The translations under genes were made by a program, and so were the position numbers. A DNA stretch of 64,000 bases from Myxococcales bacterium (lineage in GTDB: Bacteria; Myxococcota_A; UBA9042), in assembly GCA_037441385.1 (NCBI GenBank), contig JBBISH010000001.1:32001-96000 (forward strand). The letters run 5' to 3'. Under the pieces are notes generated by a model. The model ran no database searches and was not told the DNA's origin. It saw only the letters and a program-made list of their open reading frames with translations. Shown one piece after another: positions 8,670-20,018 of the stretch; the first letter of the stretch is position 1, and each line of letters opens with the position of its first letter.

Positions 8670-10751
8670 ATGACCCTCTTCGAACGGAAACTCACTAACC
8701 TGGCTGCATTTTGGGGCCTCCTCCTTGGTCTAGCCATGGCCGTGTCTTGCACGTCGACCGGCGGTTCTGGGGGTGGTGGCTACGTGATCCCGCCCGGTGG
8801 CGGCAATACTTGCGTGCCCCAGTGTGACGGCAAGGAATGTGGCGACAACGGCTGCGGCGGGGTGTGCGGGGCGTGCCCTGCTGCCGCACCAGTTTGCCAG
8901 CAAGGAACCTGCAAGGCTGCTTGTGTGCCTCAGTGTACCGGCAAGGAGTGCGGTGACGACGGGTGCGGCGGGGTGTGCGGGGCTTGCGCTTGGGACAAGC
9001 CGGTCTGCACCGCGGGGCAGTGCACGGCGCCCGCGCCGGCCTCGCAGTGTGGCAACGGCACGTGCGAAACTGGCGAAACGCCAACGAATTGTGCCGCAGA
9101 CTGTCAGGCCCCGCCCACGGCGCACTTTTGCGACACGAATTGCGGGGGCGGCGGCAGCAACGCCTGCTATTGCGACGACCAATGTGCGCAGTTTGGCGAT
9201 TGCTGCAATGCTGCAGGCGACGGCAAGGGCGGCAAGACCTGTGCGGGTTCAACCTGCGCGCTGTGCAACGGTGGAGCTAGCGGCGGACCCAAGTGCGGCA
9301 ATGGTCAGTGCGAAGCCGGCGAGACGGCGGCAAACTGCGCTGCAGACTGCAAGGGGGGCTGTGCGCCCAGTTGTCCGGCGGGGACGTGTGGCGACGATGG
9401 TTGTGGCGGCCAGTGTGTGTGCACCGGAACGAAGGTGTGCCAAGCGGGCATTTGTGTCACGCCTGGGTCTACGGCACCGACGTTGGTCGTCAAGCCGATG
9501 GGATTGCTTGATATTGGTGGCGCAAAGGTGGTCCCTGGGTGGCTTGCGCACCTCTACGGCAAGAACTTGCAGGGGATTGGCGACTTCAGGCTACTTGAAG
9601 CGAGCGTGACGAACTCGGACTCGGTCAGCCACAACTACACGGTCGAGGTGGAGATCAAGGGCTACTCCGAGATTGCGTTGACTTCGCTCAAGATCCCGGC
9701 CAAGCAGACCGCGACGGCGTCTGACTTCCCGCTGACCTGGAAGCCTGCCTGGAAGGCGCTGTCGGCGCCGCTGTCCACCCAGATTCAGGTCCGGGTCGTG
9801 GAGGGGGCCAGCACGCTGGCGAGCGACGCGGTTGGTGCGTCGTTGTATCCGGTGAACTATGTGAAACTCGGTGATACGGACTTGCTCAGCGGCGTCACGG
9901 TCCATGGGCAGGAAACGGCAGTAACCTTGATTACGCCGGGCGACAAGGACGTGCTAGGCGTCTTGACGGCGGCAAAGGCATATAGCGCCTTTGAATCCAT
10001 GATCGCGTATCAGTACAAGGGGACGAAGTTCGGAGGCTCCTTGCCTGCACTGAAATTCACCCTGGGGCCCGGACAGGAGCAGAAATGGTCAACCTACTAC
10101 GAGGCCGGTGACCTGATCGACGCGGATGTGTCGGTTACGTGTTCACTTTGCACCGACTACAACGCTGGATACGGCGTATATGACGAGGATGGGAACTGGG
10201 TGTTCAAGTTCGACACGCTAGGCAAAGGGATACAGGCTAAGTCCGCGCCGGTATCGGGCTGGTACTACCACCACGCGTGGAACCCGGCGGGCAACGGATC
10301 GAATCGAAGCTATACCGTGAAGCGGGGCATGGCCATCAACGAGGGCGCCGCCGACCAAATAGGCGCGATCTTCAAGGCCGTTCAGGCCTATGGGGTCGGA
10401 TACGTAACCGTAAAGGGCTCATTCTTCAGCGGAGCGCAATACATCAAGCTGCCGGCAGAATCCCTCATGTCTTCTGGGGCAAACTGTATCGACGGTACAC
10501 TCCTTTTCGCGTCTGCCCTTGAAGCGATGGGCATGCAGGCTTTTCTGGAGTTCCCGCCAGGGCACGCGTTCGTAGCCGTTCGTTGTTGGCCGAACGCAAA
10601 CTGTATCGTGCCGATCGAGACCACGTTGGTAGGGGAGAACGGTTCCGCGAATGACGCAATCAACGCCGCGATCAGTAAAATGCCAAATGTTCTCAAGGAA
10701 GTCGACGTCCAGGCGCAACGCGAGGCAGGCTTCACCCCGATTCCCCAGTAG
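8670..10751 (+). CDS. Cys-rich lipoprotein with somatomedin-B-like motif and C-terminal transglutaminase-like domain
   Basis: Lipobox AVSC; CxPQCxGKECGDxGCGGxCG repeats; CYCDDQCAQFGDCC; NCIDGTLLFASAL...PGHAFVAV...ETT. Confidence 0.75.
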   Translation: MTLFERKLTNLAAFWGLLLGLAMAVSCTSTGGSGGGGYVIPPGGGNTCVPQCDGKECGDNGCGGVCGACPAAAPVCQQGTCKAACVPQCTGKECGDDGCGGVCGACAWDKPVCTAGQCTAPAPASQCGNGTCETGETPTNCAADCQAPPTAHFCDTNCGGGGSNACYCDDQCAQFGDCCNAAGDGKGGKTCAGSTCALCNGGASGGPKCGNGQCEAGETAANCAADCKGGCAPSCPAGTCGDDGCGGQCVCTGTKVCQAGICVTPGSTAPTLVVKPMGLLDIGGAKVVPGWLAHLYGKNLQGIGDFRLLEASVTNSDSVSHNYTVEVEIKGYSEIALTSLKIPAKQTATASDFPLTWKPAWKALSAPLSTQIQVRVVEGASTLASDAVGASLYPVNYVKLGDTDLLSGVTVHGQETAVTLITPGDKDVLGVLTAAKAYSAFESMIAYQYKGTKFGGSLPALKFTLGPGQEQKWSTYYEAGDLIDADVSVTCSLCTDYNAGYGVYDEDGNWVFKFDTLGKGIQAKSAPVSGWYYHHAWNPAGNGSNRSYTVKRGMAINEGAADQIGAIFKAVQAYGVGYVTVKGSFFSGAQYIKLPAESLMSSGANCIDGTLLFASALEAMGMQAFLEFPPGHAFVAVRCWPNANCIVPIETTLVGENGSANDAINAAISKMPNVLKEVDVQAQREAGFTPIPQ

Positions 10752-10791
10752 GCCCACGCCCACGCGCTGAGACACAAAAGGAGCCCTGCCC

Positions 10792-11403
10792 ATGCGTTTC
10801 CTCGTCGCCCTTGCTGCTGTGTTCCTCCTTGCCTGCACCACCACCGGTCCCTCCGGCTACAACCCCAGCGCCACCGGTTGCGGGCCCCTCAACTGCGCCG
10901 GATGCTGCGCGGGCGGCGTATGCACGTCGGGCAACTCCGCGATGGGTTGCGGCTTGGGCGGCGGCATCTGCGCCATCTGCGACGCGACCGATATCTGCAA
11001 TTCCTCGGGCCAATGCGTCCTTGACCCCAGCGCAAAATGGATCGTGCGGCCCGTCTCCGCCGTGATCGAAAGCAACGACAACGGCAAGAACTGGGATGGG
11101 GACGGCTCCCCGCCCGACGTCATCGTTACCACGGTCTGCCCAGACGGCAGCGTGGGCACGTCGGAAAAGGTCGAGAGCTACAATCCTTCGTTTAGCCTTG
11201 GGTCTTGTGTGGCCACGGCGGGCGATCTGATCGCCAAGGGCATCACGTTCTCCGTCAAAGACTCGGACCTCACGGTCGACGACAGCATCACCGGCAACGT
11301 GTCCATGGCCATCAGCACGGCAGACCTGGCCGCCGGAGTCCGGGTGGGCAGCATGTCCAGCGGTGGCTGCAAGTCGATCCAGTACACGCTCACACGGAAG
11401 TAG
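10792..11403 (+). CDS. Lipoprotein with Cys-rich motif and C2-like beta domain
   Basis: Lipobox LLAC; CAGCC...CGLGGGICAIC; WDGDGSPPDV and VKDSDLTVDD acidic loops; AAGGAG RBS. Confidence 0.7.
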   Translation: MRFLVALAAVFLLACTTTGPSGYNPSATGCGPLNCAGCCAGGVCTSGNSAMGCGLGGGICAICDATDICNSSGQCVLDPSAKWIVRPVSAVIESNDNGKNWDGDGSPPDVIVTTVCPDGSVGTSEKVESYNPSFSLGSCVATAGDLIAKGITFSVKDSDLTVDDSITGNVSMAISTADLAAGVRVGSMSSGGCKSIQYTLTRK

Positions 11404-11415
11404 CGGGCGGCGCCT

Positions 11416-11541
11416 CTGATACCCGTCTCGGTTGCAGTATCAGGCCGCGCCGGATTCCGGTCTCACGGGTCTGAATCCGTTGATATTCCATTCTTTTGTC
11501 TTGGCACGCTTCTGGCATCTGTTCCCAGGCGACGCCCGCCG
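11416..11541 (+). promoter_or_regulatory. Repeat R2: second copy of the sigma54 module (CTGATAC-N14-GTATCAG at 11416-11443, IHF-like 11473-11485, -24/-12 at 11501-11518)
   Basis: Direct homolog of 6758-6876; reverse strand TATCAAcggaTTc resembles IHF consensus WATCAAnnnnTTR. Confidence 0.7.
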
Positions 11542-11578
11542 CTAAACTGTCCGCCCAGACTTGGGGGCGAGGTGCAGC

Positions 11579-12151
11579 ATGGACGGCGAGCGGCGACTGA
11601 CCTGGGAGGACGTCGTGCAGTTGCCCGAAAAAGAAATGCCCGAGCTGATCGACGGTCGGCCCTACCTGCGCGCGGCGCCGCGGAGCCGCCACAGCTACAT
11701 CCAAGGTGAAGTGCACCTCGCCCTGCGGCACGGCGACGCCAACCTTGCTGGCAGTTGGTGGATACTCCCCGAGCCGGACGTCCGCTTGACCCCGCACCGC
11801 ATCGTCCGCCCCGACCTGGCCGGCTGGCGCAAAGAGCGCATGCCCGAGCTCACCGACGACTGGCCGATTGACCTGCGGCCGGACTGGATCTGCGAGATCG
11901 CTTCGCCGACCAATGCTCACTACGACCGCGGCCTCAAGTCGCAGGTGTATCTGCAGGCCGGGGTGCCGTGGTACTGGCTGGCGGACCCGCAGGAGCGGAC
12001 GCTGGAAGTGTTCCAGAACCATGGCGAACACTGGCTGTACCACGGTTCGTTCAGCGACGGCGACGTGCAGGCGCTGCCGCCCTTTGACTGCGCAGTGCTG
12101 ACCATGAGCGAGCTGTTCGGGCCGCTGCCCAAGGGTTGGCCAGGAACGTAA
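11579..12151 (+). CDS. Uma2/DUF820 family PD-(D/E)XK-like endonuclease
   Basis: ELIDG, RPDLAGW, PDWICEIASP, K..Y..AGVPWYWLADP. Confidence 0.92.
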   Translation: MDGERRLTWEDVVQLPEKEMPELIDGRPYLRAAPRSRHSYIQGEVHLALRHGDANLAGSWWILPEPDVRLTPHRIVRPDLAGWRKERMPELTDDWPIDLRPDWICEIASPTNAHYDRGLKSQVYLQAGVPWYWLADPQERTLEVFQNHGEHWLYHGSFSDGDVQALPPFDCAVLTMSELFGPLPKGWPGT

Positions 12152-12205
12152 TGTAATAACAGAATTTTTGTTCTTGGTGGCCCGGTGCGCTCGGAGTGCG
12201 TGACA

Positions 12206-12234
12206 TTGACATGCATATGCATGTGGGGTACTCT
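12206..12234 (+). promoter_or_regulatory. Sigma70 promoter with palindromic operator of TA module 2
   Basis: TTGACA-17 nt-TACTCT, overlapped by the perfect 16-bp palindrome ACATGCATATGCATGT (12209-12224). Confidence 0.75.
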
Positions 12235-12250
12235 GGCCAGCGGAGGAACC

Positions 12251-12523
12251 ATGCGCACGACCATCGAACTCGAAGACGACTACCGCGGCCGGCTCTTGGA
12301 GCTGGCGGCGCGGCGGGGCAAGAAGGGCTTCTCGGACCTGATCAACGAGGCGGTCGCGCGCTACCTCACTTCGGAAGACGCGCAGGCGGACAAGCAGAGC
12401 AAGGCCGCGAAGCTGCAAGGGTTCTTGACTGCTAGCGAGGCCGACGACCTGGCCGCGCGCTGTCACTCTGCCCGGACTCTCTGGCGCGCCAGTGACGCCG
12501 ACCACCTTGGTGAACGGGGGTAG
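12251..12523 (+). CDS. vapB: RHH antitoxin (VapB-like)
   Basis: MRTTIELEDD...LAARRGKKGFSDLINEAV; GGAGG RBS; directly upstream of a PIN gene. Confidence 0.85.
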   Translation: MRTTIELEDDYRGRLLELAARRGKKGFSDLINEAVARYLTSEDAQADKQSKAAKLQGFLTASEADDLAARCHSARTLWRASDADHLGERG

Positions 12524-12527
12524 ACGG

Positions 12528-12926
12528 ATGTTCCTGTTTGATTCCGACGTGCTCATCGACTTCTTGCGTGGCGCCGAACCGGCTGCTGGGCGCGTGGCCT
12601 TCGAGCTGGAGCACGCGGCTGTCGCGGTTTCGGCCGTTACCGCCTTCGAGCTCACGGCGGGCGCCCTGTCGGTGCGCCAACAGGCGGCGGTGGAGACTCT
12701 CTTGGCGGCGACTCCGGTTGTGCCGGTGAGCGTCGAGGTGGCCTTGCTTGCCGGCAAGATCTTTCGCGACTTGAAAGCGTCGGGCCAAGAGATCGGCATG
12801 GCCGACTGCCTGATCGGTGCCACGTGCATCGTTCAGCGGACCTTGCTGGTGACGCGCAATCGCAAGCAGTTCGAGCGCATCCCTGGCCTGAAGCTGACCA
12901 TCATGGGGGCTGAGCGCGCCAAGTAG
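12528..12926 (+). CDS. vapC: PIN-domain toxin VapC
   Basis: FDSDVLIDFLRG, SAVTAFEL, ADCLIGAT, TRNRKQFERIPGL. Confidence 0.93.
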   Translation: MFLFDSDVLIDFLRGAEPAAGRVAFELEHAAVAVSAVTAFELTAGALSVRQQAAVETLLAATPVVPVSVEVALLAGKIFRDLKASGQEIGMADCLIGATCIVQRTLLVTRNRKQFERIPGLKLTIMGAERAK

Positions 12927-12959
12927 ACGGACTTTTGGGGTTTTGTGGTTAGGCGAACT

Positions 12960-15851
<2,892 letters not shown>

Positions 15852-15897
15852 GGGCTGCGCGTGCGCCGCCTGGCGCGGGTCGACAGGGTAACGACTG

Positions 15898-15914
15898 GCT
15901 GAACAAATGTCCAG
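15898..15914 (-). promoter_or_regulatory. Putative LexA (SOS) box upstream of uvrA
   Basis: CTGGACATTTGTTCAGC, one mismatch to the Myxococcus consensus CTRHAMRYBYGTTCAGS, 46 bp upstream of the ATG. Confidence 0.7.
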
Positions 15915-15957
15915 TGTCCTGCCAGTGGGCCGTCTAGAAATCTAGTAATATCATGAT

Positions 15958-15972
15958 GTAGAGAATGGCCGC
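15958..15972 (-). promoter_or_regulatory. Conserved intergenic motif GCRGCCATTYTCTAC, copy 1
   Basis: Also at 22689-22703 (-) and 39757-39771 (+). Confidence 0.55.
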
Positions 15973-16000
15973 AACCTTCTGCAGGCTAACCGTCTGCAGG

Positions 16001-16960
16001 CTACGGTGGGTACAGGCGCAGCAACACCGCCAGGGTCGCGTTGCACAGCGCGTGGTTCACTGCCGCGGCCAGCGAGGAGCGGCTGCGCTCGGCGATCCAG
16101 CCGAACAGGAGACCAGGGAAGAACACCGCCAGTCGAAACGGCGCGGGCACGGCCACCAAGTGCACTACCGCAAAGAGCGCGGCCGCGGCCACGTGGGCCC
16201 GGCCATAGGGTACCCCCAAGAGGGTCCGCTGCGGCGGCCACACCACCTTCAACCGGCCCAGGATGTAGCCGCGAAACAGCAGTTCTTCGGGCACCGCCAC
16301 CGCGGCCAGCTGGACCAAGATCAACAAAATCAACCAGTAGAAAGTGGCTGCATAGGTGACGGGCAAGTCGATGCGGCTGCCCGAGGCCCCCAACTCCACC
16401 TGCGGAACTGCTTGGCCTGCCGGGTTGGTCAAGCTCAGCCGCTGGCCGTCGCGGAGCTCCACCCGGACCCGGCCGTGCGCTGGGACCACCTGCCGGCGCT
16501 CGGCCGCCACTGCGACCAGATCGGCGCCGGTGTGATTGTGGACGATGAGGCCTCCAGGGCCCTCGCTCAGTCCCACCGGCGCGCGGGCCGACGGCTCGCC
16601 TTGCCAGTCCAAACCGGGACTTGCAAGCCCAATGCCGGCGCCGCGCTCGCGGTGCAGGACCCGCGTCTGCCACGCGTCAAATCCCACCGCATAGACCGGC
16701 AGCACCACCAACGCGACCGCAATGCCGTGCCAAGCCGACCGCAACAGCGGCGGATCCACGGCAAGCACGTCGCCCAGCAGGCGTCGGCGCCGCGCCCACA
16801 GCAGCGGCAGCCCGACCATCGCCCCCGCCGACAACAAGCCTGCGGCGCTGGCCCACGGCCCACCCAGGCGCGCCAAAGCCTCGCCCACCGCCAACGCGAC
16901 CGCCACTGCGGCCGTGATCGCGACAGCGTCCCAGGCGGCGGCGCGGCGATCGGCGGTCAC
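16001..16960 (-). CDS. CPBP (CAAX/Abi) intramembrane glutamic protease, myxosortase MrtC-like
   Basis: PEELLFRGY, FAVVH, RLAVFFPGLLFGW, HALCN; GTGA overlap with the upstream gene. Confidence 0.85.
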   Translation of the reverse strand: MTADRRAAAWDAVAITAAVAVALAVGEALARLGGPWASAAGLLSAGAMVGLPLLWARRRRLLGDVLAVDPPLLRSAWHGIAVALVVLPVYAVGFDAWQTRVLHRERGAGIGLASPGLDWQGEPSARAPVGLSEGPGGLIVHNHTGADLVAVAAERRQVVPAHGRVRVELRDGQRLSLTNPAGQAVPQVELGASGSRIDLPVTYAATFYWLILLILVQLAAVAVPEELLFRGYILGRLKVVWPPQRTLLGVPYGRAHVAAAALFAVVHLVAVPAPFRLAVFFPGLLFGWIAERSRSSLAAAVNHALCNATLAVLLRLYPP

Positions 16961-18582
16961 TGGCCGAGCTTCTCGAGAAAGCGCTGGAATGATCCAGGGT
17001 AGCGACCCTCTTCCACGCGCTCGATATGCATGACGAAGCGCGGACCCAGCTCGGTCTCGGTGGTCACCTGCAAGAGCTTGCCGCACAGGTAGATGGTGAA
17101 CGGCTGCTCGCGCGTGCCCAGGGGCAGGTGCACCACCACCCATTCGTCCAGCTGTGGTTGCTCTTCGTGCGTCACCACCGCGATCGCCTGGGGCCCGATC
17201 GAAACGGCGCGGCCGCGAAAGACCTGCTCGCGTCGCTCGTACGCCACCGGGTGGTCGACGCGCACCAACAGCGAGCGGTCCTGGCGCCGCGGCTGCGACG
17301 GCCGAGCGCCGCCCCCGGCCACCGCGTTGAGCTCTGGGGCCGTCATGGGGTTGGGGCCGGCCGCCGCGCCGCGCGCCGTCCCGATCTCGTCCATTGCCGT
17401 CCGCCGCTCGCCGGGTGCCAGCGCATACACGGGCCAGCTCTGCTGGGTCCCCTCGGCCGGGTTGGGCCAGGTCGCTGTGGGCGGTGCCGCTGGCGGCGGC
17501 GACGAAAGATCGCCAAATCCAAAGGGGTCGATCTTGGAGCTCGACTTCGACGGCGAGAAGGCGGGCGGCTTCCAGCCCAATCCGGGGGTGCGCTCGCTCA
17601 CCGGCGGCCTGGTCCTGTCCACCGGCGGCAGCACCAGCGCCACATGCGACCCGGTCGCCGGCCGCACGGCCGACTCGGAGATTTCTTCAATGCGCATCCG
17701 CGACTGCGAGCTCCGCCGGAGTGGCTCGACATTGGGTGTGGGGGCGGTCGCGACCGGGGGTGTCTTGCCGACCGGCGGCGGCGCTCCCATTGCCTCGGAC
17801 GCCACCGCCTGCACCATCTTGATGGCTTGTTGCGACACTTGCCGCGGACCCATCACCGGCGCATCGACCGAGATCGCGGGCCGCTCGCCCGTGCGGCGGG
17901 ACCAATTCGTCTGCTCCATGGGGCCGGGCCCAGGCTGCATCGAGAGCAAGCTGGGGTGGCTGCCGCTGGGCCGCGTGGCCGCGCCGTGCCCAAAGTGACT
18001 CGCGTTGGCATACGGAGTCCGCGTGTCGTCCTGAAGCGAGGGCGAAATCGCCGTCCGCGACCCCGAAATACCCACCGCCGCCGTGCTGACCGTGTTGGCC
18101 CCGCCGGTGACTCGATTGCCACTCATCGACCGCGCGACGGAGACTGGAGCGTCGGCCTCGCTGCCCGCGGCGTTGCTCAAGAATCGTTCGATGTCGAATT
18201 CCGCGTGGCCGCCCAGCGTGACTTCGGCCCCCCTGACGCGGTGCAGGCGCAGAACGGTCGTCAAGAAGCGCACCAGGGCGTCCAAGCCAACTTCGCACGA
18301 TGCGGTCTTCCACACGACGGCGATGCCTGACGGCCATTGGCCGCCCGCCGGTACCAGCCGCACCACACGGCAAGTCAGCTTGACCAGCGGCGAACCCAGG
18401 CCGCCCGCATGCATCTCCAGGGTTGCCTCGGCGCCGAGATCCAAACCGTCGCACCGCGTGTGCAAGAACGCGCTGGCCGGCCCCACTTCTGTACATACAA
18501 CTTCGCGCCGCCCACCGGACCAATGCAGGACGCAGCGGATCAGCACGGTATAGCGCGGGTGTCGGCGGCGGTCCTCGATCAT
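16957..18582 (-). CDS. Protein with N- and C-terminal PilZ-like domains and a long Pro/Ser-rich linker
   Basis: DRRRHPRY...EVGPASAF at the N-terminus; RRQDRS..RVD...SIGPQAI at the C-terminus. Confidence 0.65.
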   Translation of the reverse strand: MIEDRRRHPRYTVLIRCVLHWSGGRREVVCTEVGPASAFLHTRCDGLDLGAEATLEMHAGGLGSPLVKLTCRVVRLVPAGGQWPSGIAVVWKTASCEVGLDALVRFLTTVLRLHRVRGAEVTLGGHAEFDIERFLSNAAGSEADAPVSVARSMSGNRVTGGANTVSTAAVGISGSRTAISPSLQDDTRTPYANASHFGHGAATRPSGSHPSLLSMQPGPGPMEQTNWSRRTGERPAISVDAPVMGPRQVSQQAIKMVQAVASEAMGAPPPVGKTPPVATAPTPNVEPLRRSSQSRMRIEEISESAVRPATGSHVALVLPPVDRTRPPVSERTPGLGWKPPAFSPSKSSSKIDPFGFGDLSSPPPAAPPTATWPNPAEGTQQSWPVYALAPGERRTAMDEIGTARGAAAGPNPMTAPELNAVAGGGARPSQPRRQDRSLLVRVDHPVAYERREQVFRGRAVSIGPQAIAVVTHEEQPQLDEWVVVHLPLGTREQPFTIYLCGKLLQVTTETELGPRFVMHIERVEEGRYPGSFQRFLEKLGQ

Positions 18583-18795
18583 GCCTCTCGTCATTGGGAG
18601 GAGGCGCCGTAGCGCGCCGCCCCATTCAACACTAGCTGACTCGACCGGACGGGGCAACGTGTTCCACCGTCAAGTTCGGCCCGCCCTGGGCAATGATCCC
18701 AGCACGCCACAGCGCGCCCCCGGCCTGGTCAGGCAATCATCCAAGCCTCAGCGCTTACGTATGTCGATTGGGTCGGCCTCTACTGTGCCTACCAC

Positions 18796-19938
18796 TTAGG
18801 CTCGCTCGAACAGGCCGGCCGCGCCCATGCCGCCGCCCACACACATTGTCACAATTCCGTAGCGGCCGCCGGTGCGGCGCAGGTTGTGCAAGAGCGTGGC
18901 CGTCAGCTTGGCGCCCGTCGCACCCAGCGGGTGGCCCAGGGCGATGGCGCCGCCCAGGGGGTTGACCTTGGCCGGATCCAGTTCGAGCTGCCGCATCACC
19001 GCCAGCGACTGGGCGGCAAAGGCCTCGTTCAGCTCGAATTGGTCGATGTCGCTGATCTTGAGGCCGGCGCGGTCCAGCAGCTTGGGCACCGCCGCCACCG
19101 GGCCGATGCCCATGATCTCCGGGGCGACGCCAGCGACCTGGAAGCCGCGGAAATAACCCAGGATCGGCAAGCCAAGCGACTTGGCCATGTCCTCGCTCAT
19201 GATCAGCGCCGCCGCGGCGCCATCGGTCAGCGGCGACGACGAGCCCGCCGTCACGCTGCCGGGGTTCTGGAACGCCGGCTTCAGCTTGGCCAGGCCTTCC
19301 AGCGTGGTGTCGCCGCGCGGCAATTCGTCTTTGGCAAGGCTGCCTTCTGCCGTGTTGACCGCCACCAGCTCGGCATCGAACAGGCCATCGTCTTGGGCCT
19401 TGCTGGCGCGGAGCTGCGACTGCAGGGCAAAGGCGTCTTGATCGGCGCGGGCGATGTTGTGCTGCTTGGCGACCAGCTCGGCGGTGTTGCCCATCGGCAT
19501 GTACACCTCGGGCCATTCGCGGATCACGGTGGGATGGGGGGCAATCTTGAAGCCGCCCATGGGCACCTGACTCATCGACTCCACACCGCCGGCGATGGCG
19601 ACGTCCATGTGGCCGGCTTGGATGGCCATGGCGGCCTGGGCGATGGCCTGCAGGCCCGAGCTGCAGAAGCGGTTGACGGTCGCCGCGGGCACTTCGACCG
19701 GCAGACCGGCGCGGAGGGCGGCGATGCGGGCGATGTTCATGCCTTGCGGGCCTTCGGGCATCGCGCAACCCAGCACGACGTCTTGGATTTGCCCACCGGT
19801 GACTCCGGGGGCGGCCTGCAGCACGCCGCGGATGGCGGTGGCGGCAAGGTCTTCGGGGCGCACGCGGGCCAGGCTGCCCTTGAGGCCGCGGCCGCACGGG
19901 GTGCGCACGGCGGCGACGATGACGGCGGTACGAGACAT
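18796..19938 (-). CDS. fadA: Acetyl-CoA C-acyltransferase (thiolase)
   Basis: NRFCSSG, NEAFA, GHPLGATG, MCVGGG; AAGGAG RBS. Confidence 0.95.
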   Translation of the reverse strand: MSRTAVIVAAVRTPCGRGLKGSLARVRPEDLAATAIRGVLQAAPGVTGGQIQDVVLGCAMPEGPQGMNIARIAALRAGLPVEVPAATVNRFCSSGLQAIAQAAMAIQAGHMDVAIAGGVESMSQVPMGGFKIAPHPTVIREWPEVYMPMGNTAELVAKQHNIARADQDAFALQSQLRASKAQDDGLFDAELVAVNTAEGSLAKDELPRGDTTLEGLAKLKPAFQNPGSVTAGSSSPLTDGAAAALIMSEDMAKSLGLPILGYFRGFQVAGVAPEIMGIGPVAAVPKLLDRAGLKISDIDQFELNEAFAAQSLAVMRQLELDPAKVNPLGGAIALGHPLGATGAKLTATLLHNLRRTGGRYGIVTMCVGGGMGAAGLFERA

Positions 19939-20018
19939 GGGGTACTCCTTTGTTCGTCCTGTGGACTGGCTGTCGACAAGCTGTGGACAGCGGTTTGGAG
20001 GTTCTTGTAGTCCTTGGT

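Noticed and set aside
6756..12954. Integron cassette array interpretation (GTTAGGC at 12948, TA cassettes)
   Set aside because: No matching RYYYAAC/GTTRRRY attC pairs after the genes, mixed gene orientation, no intI
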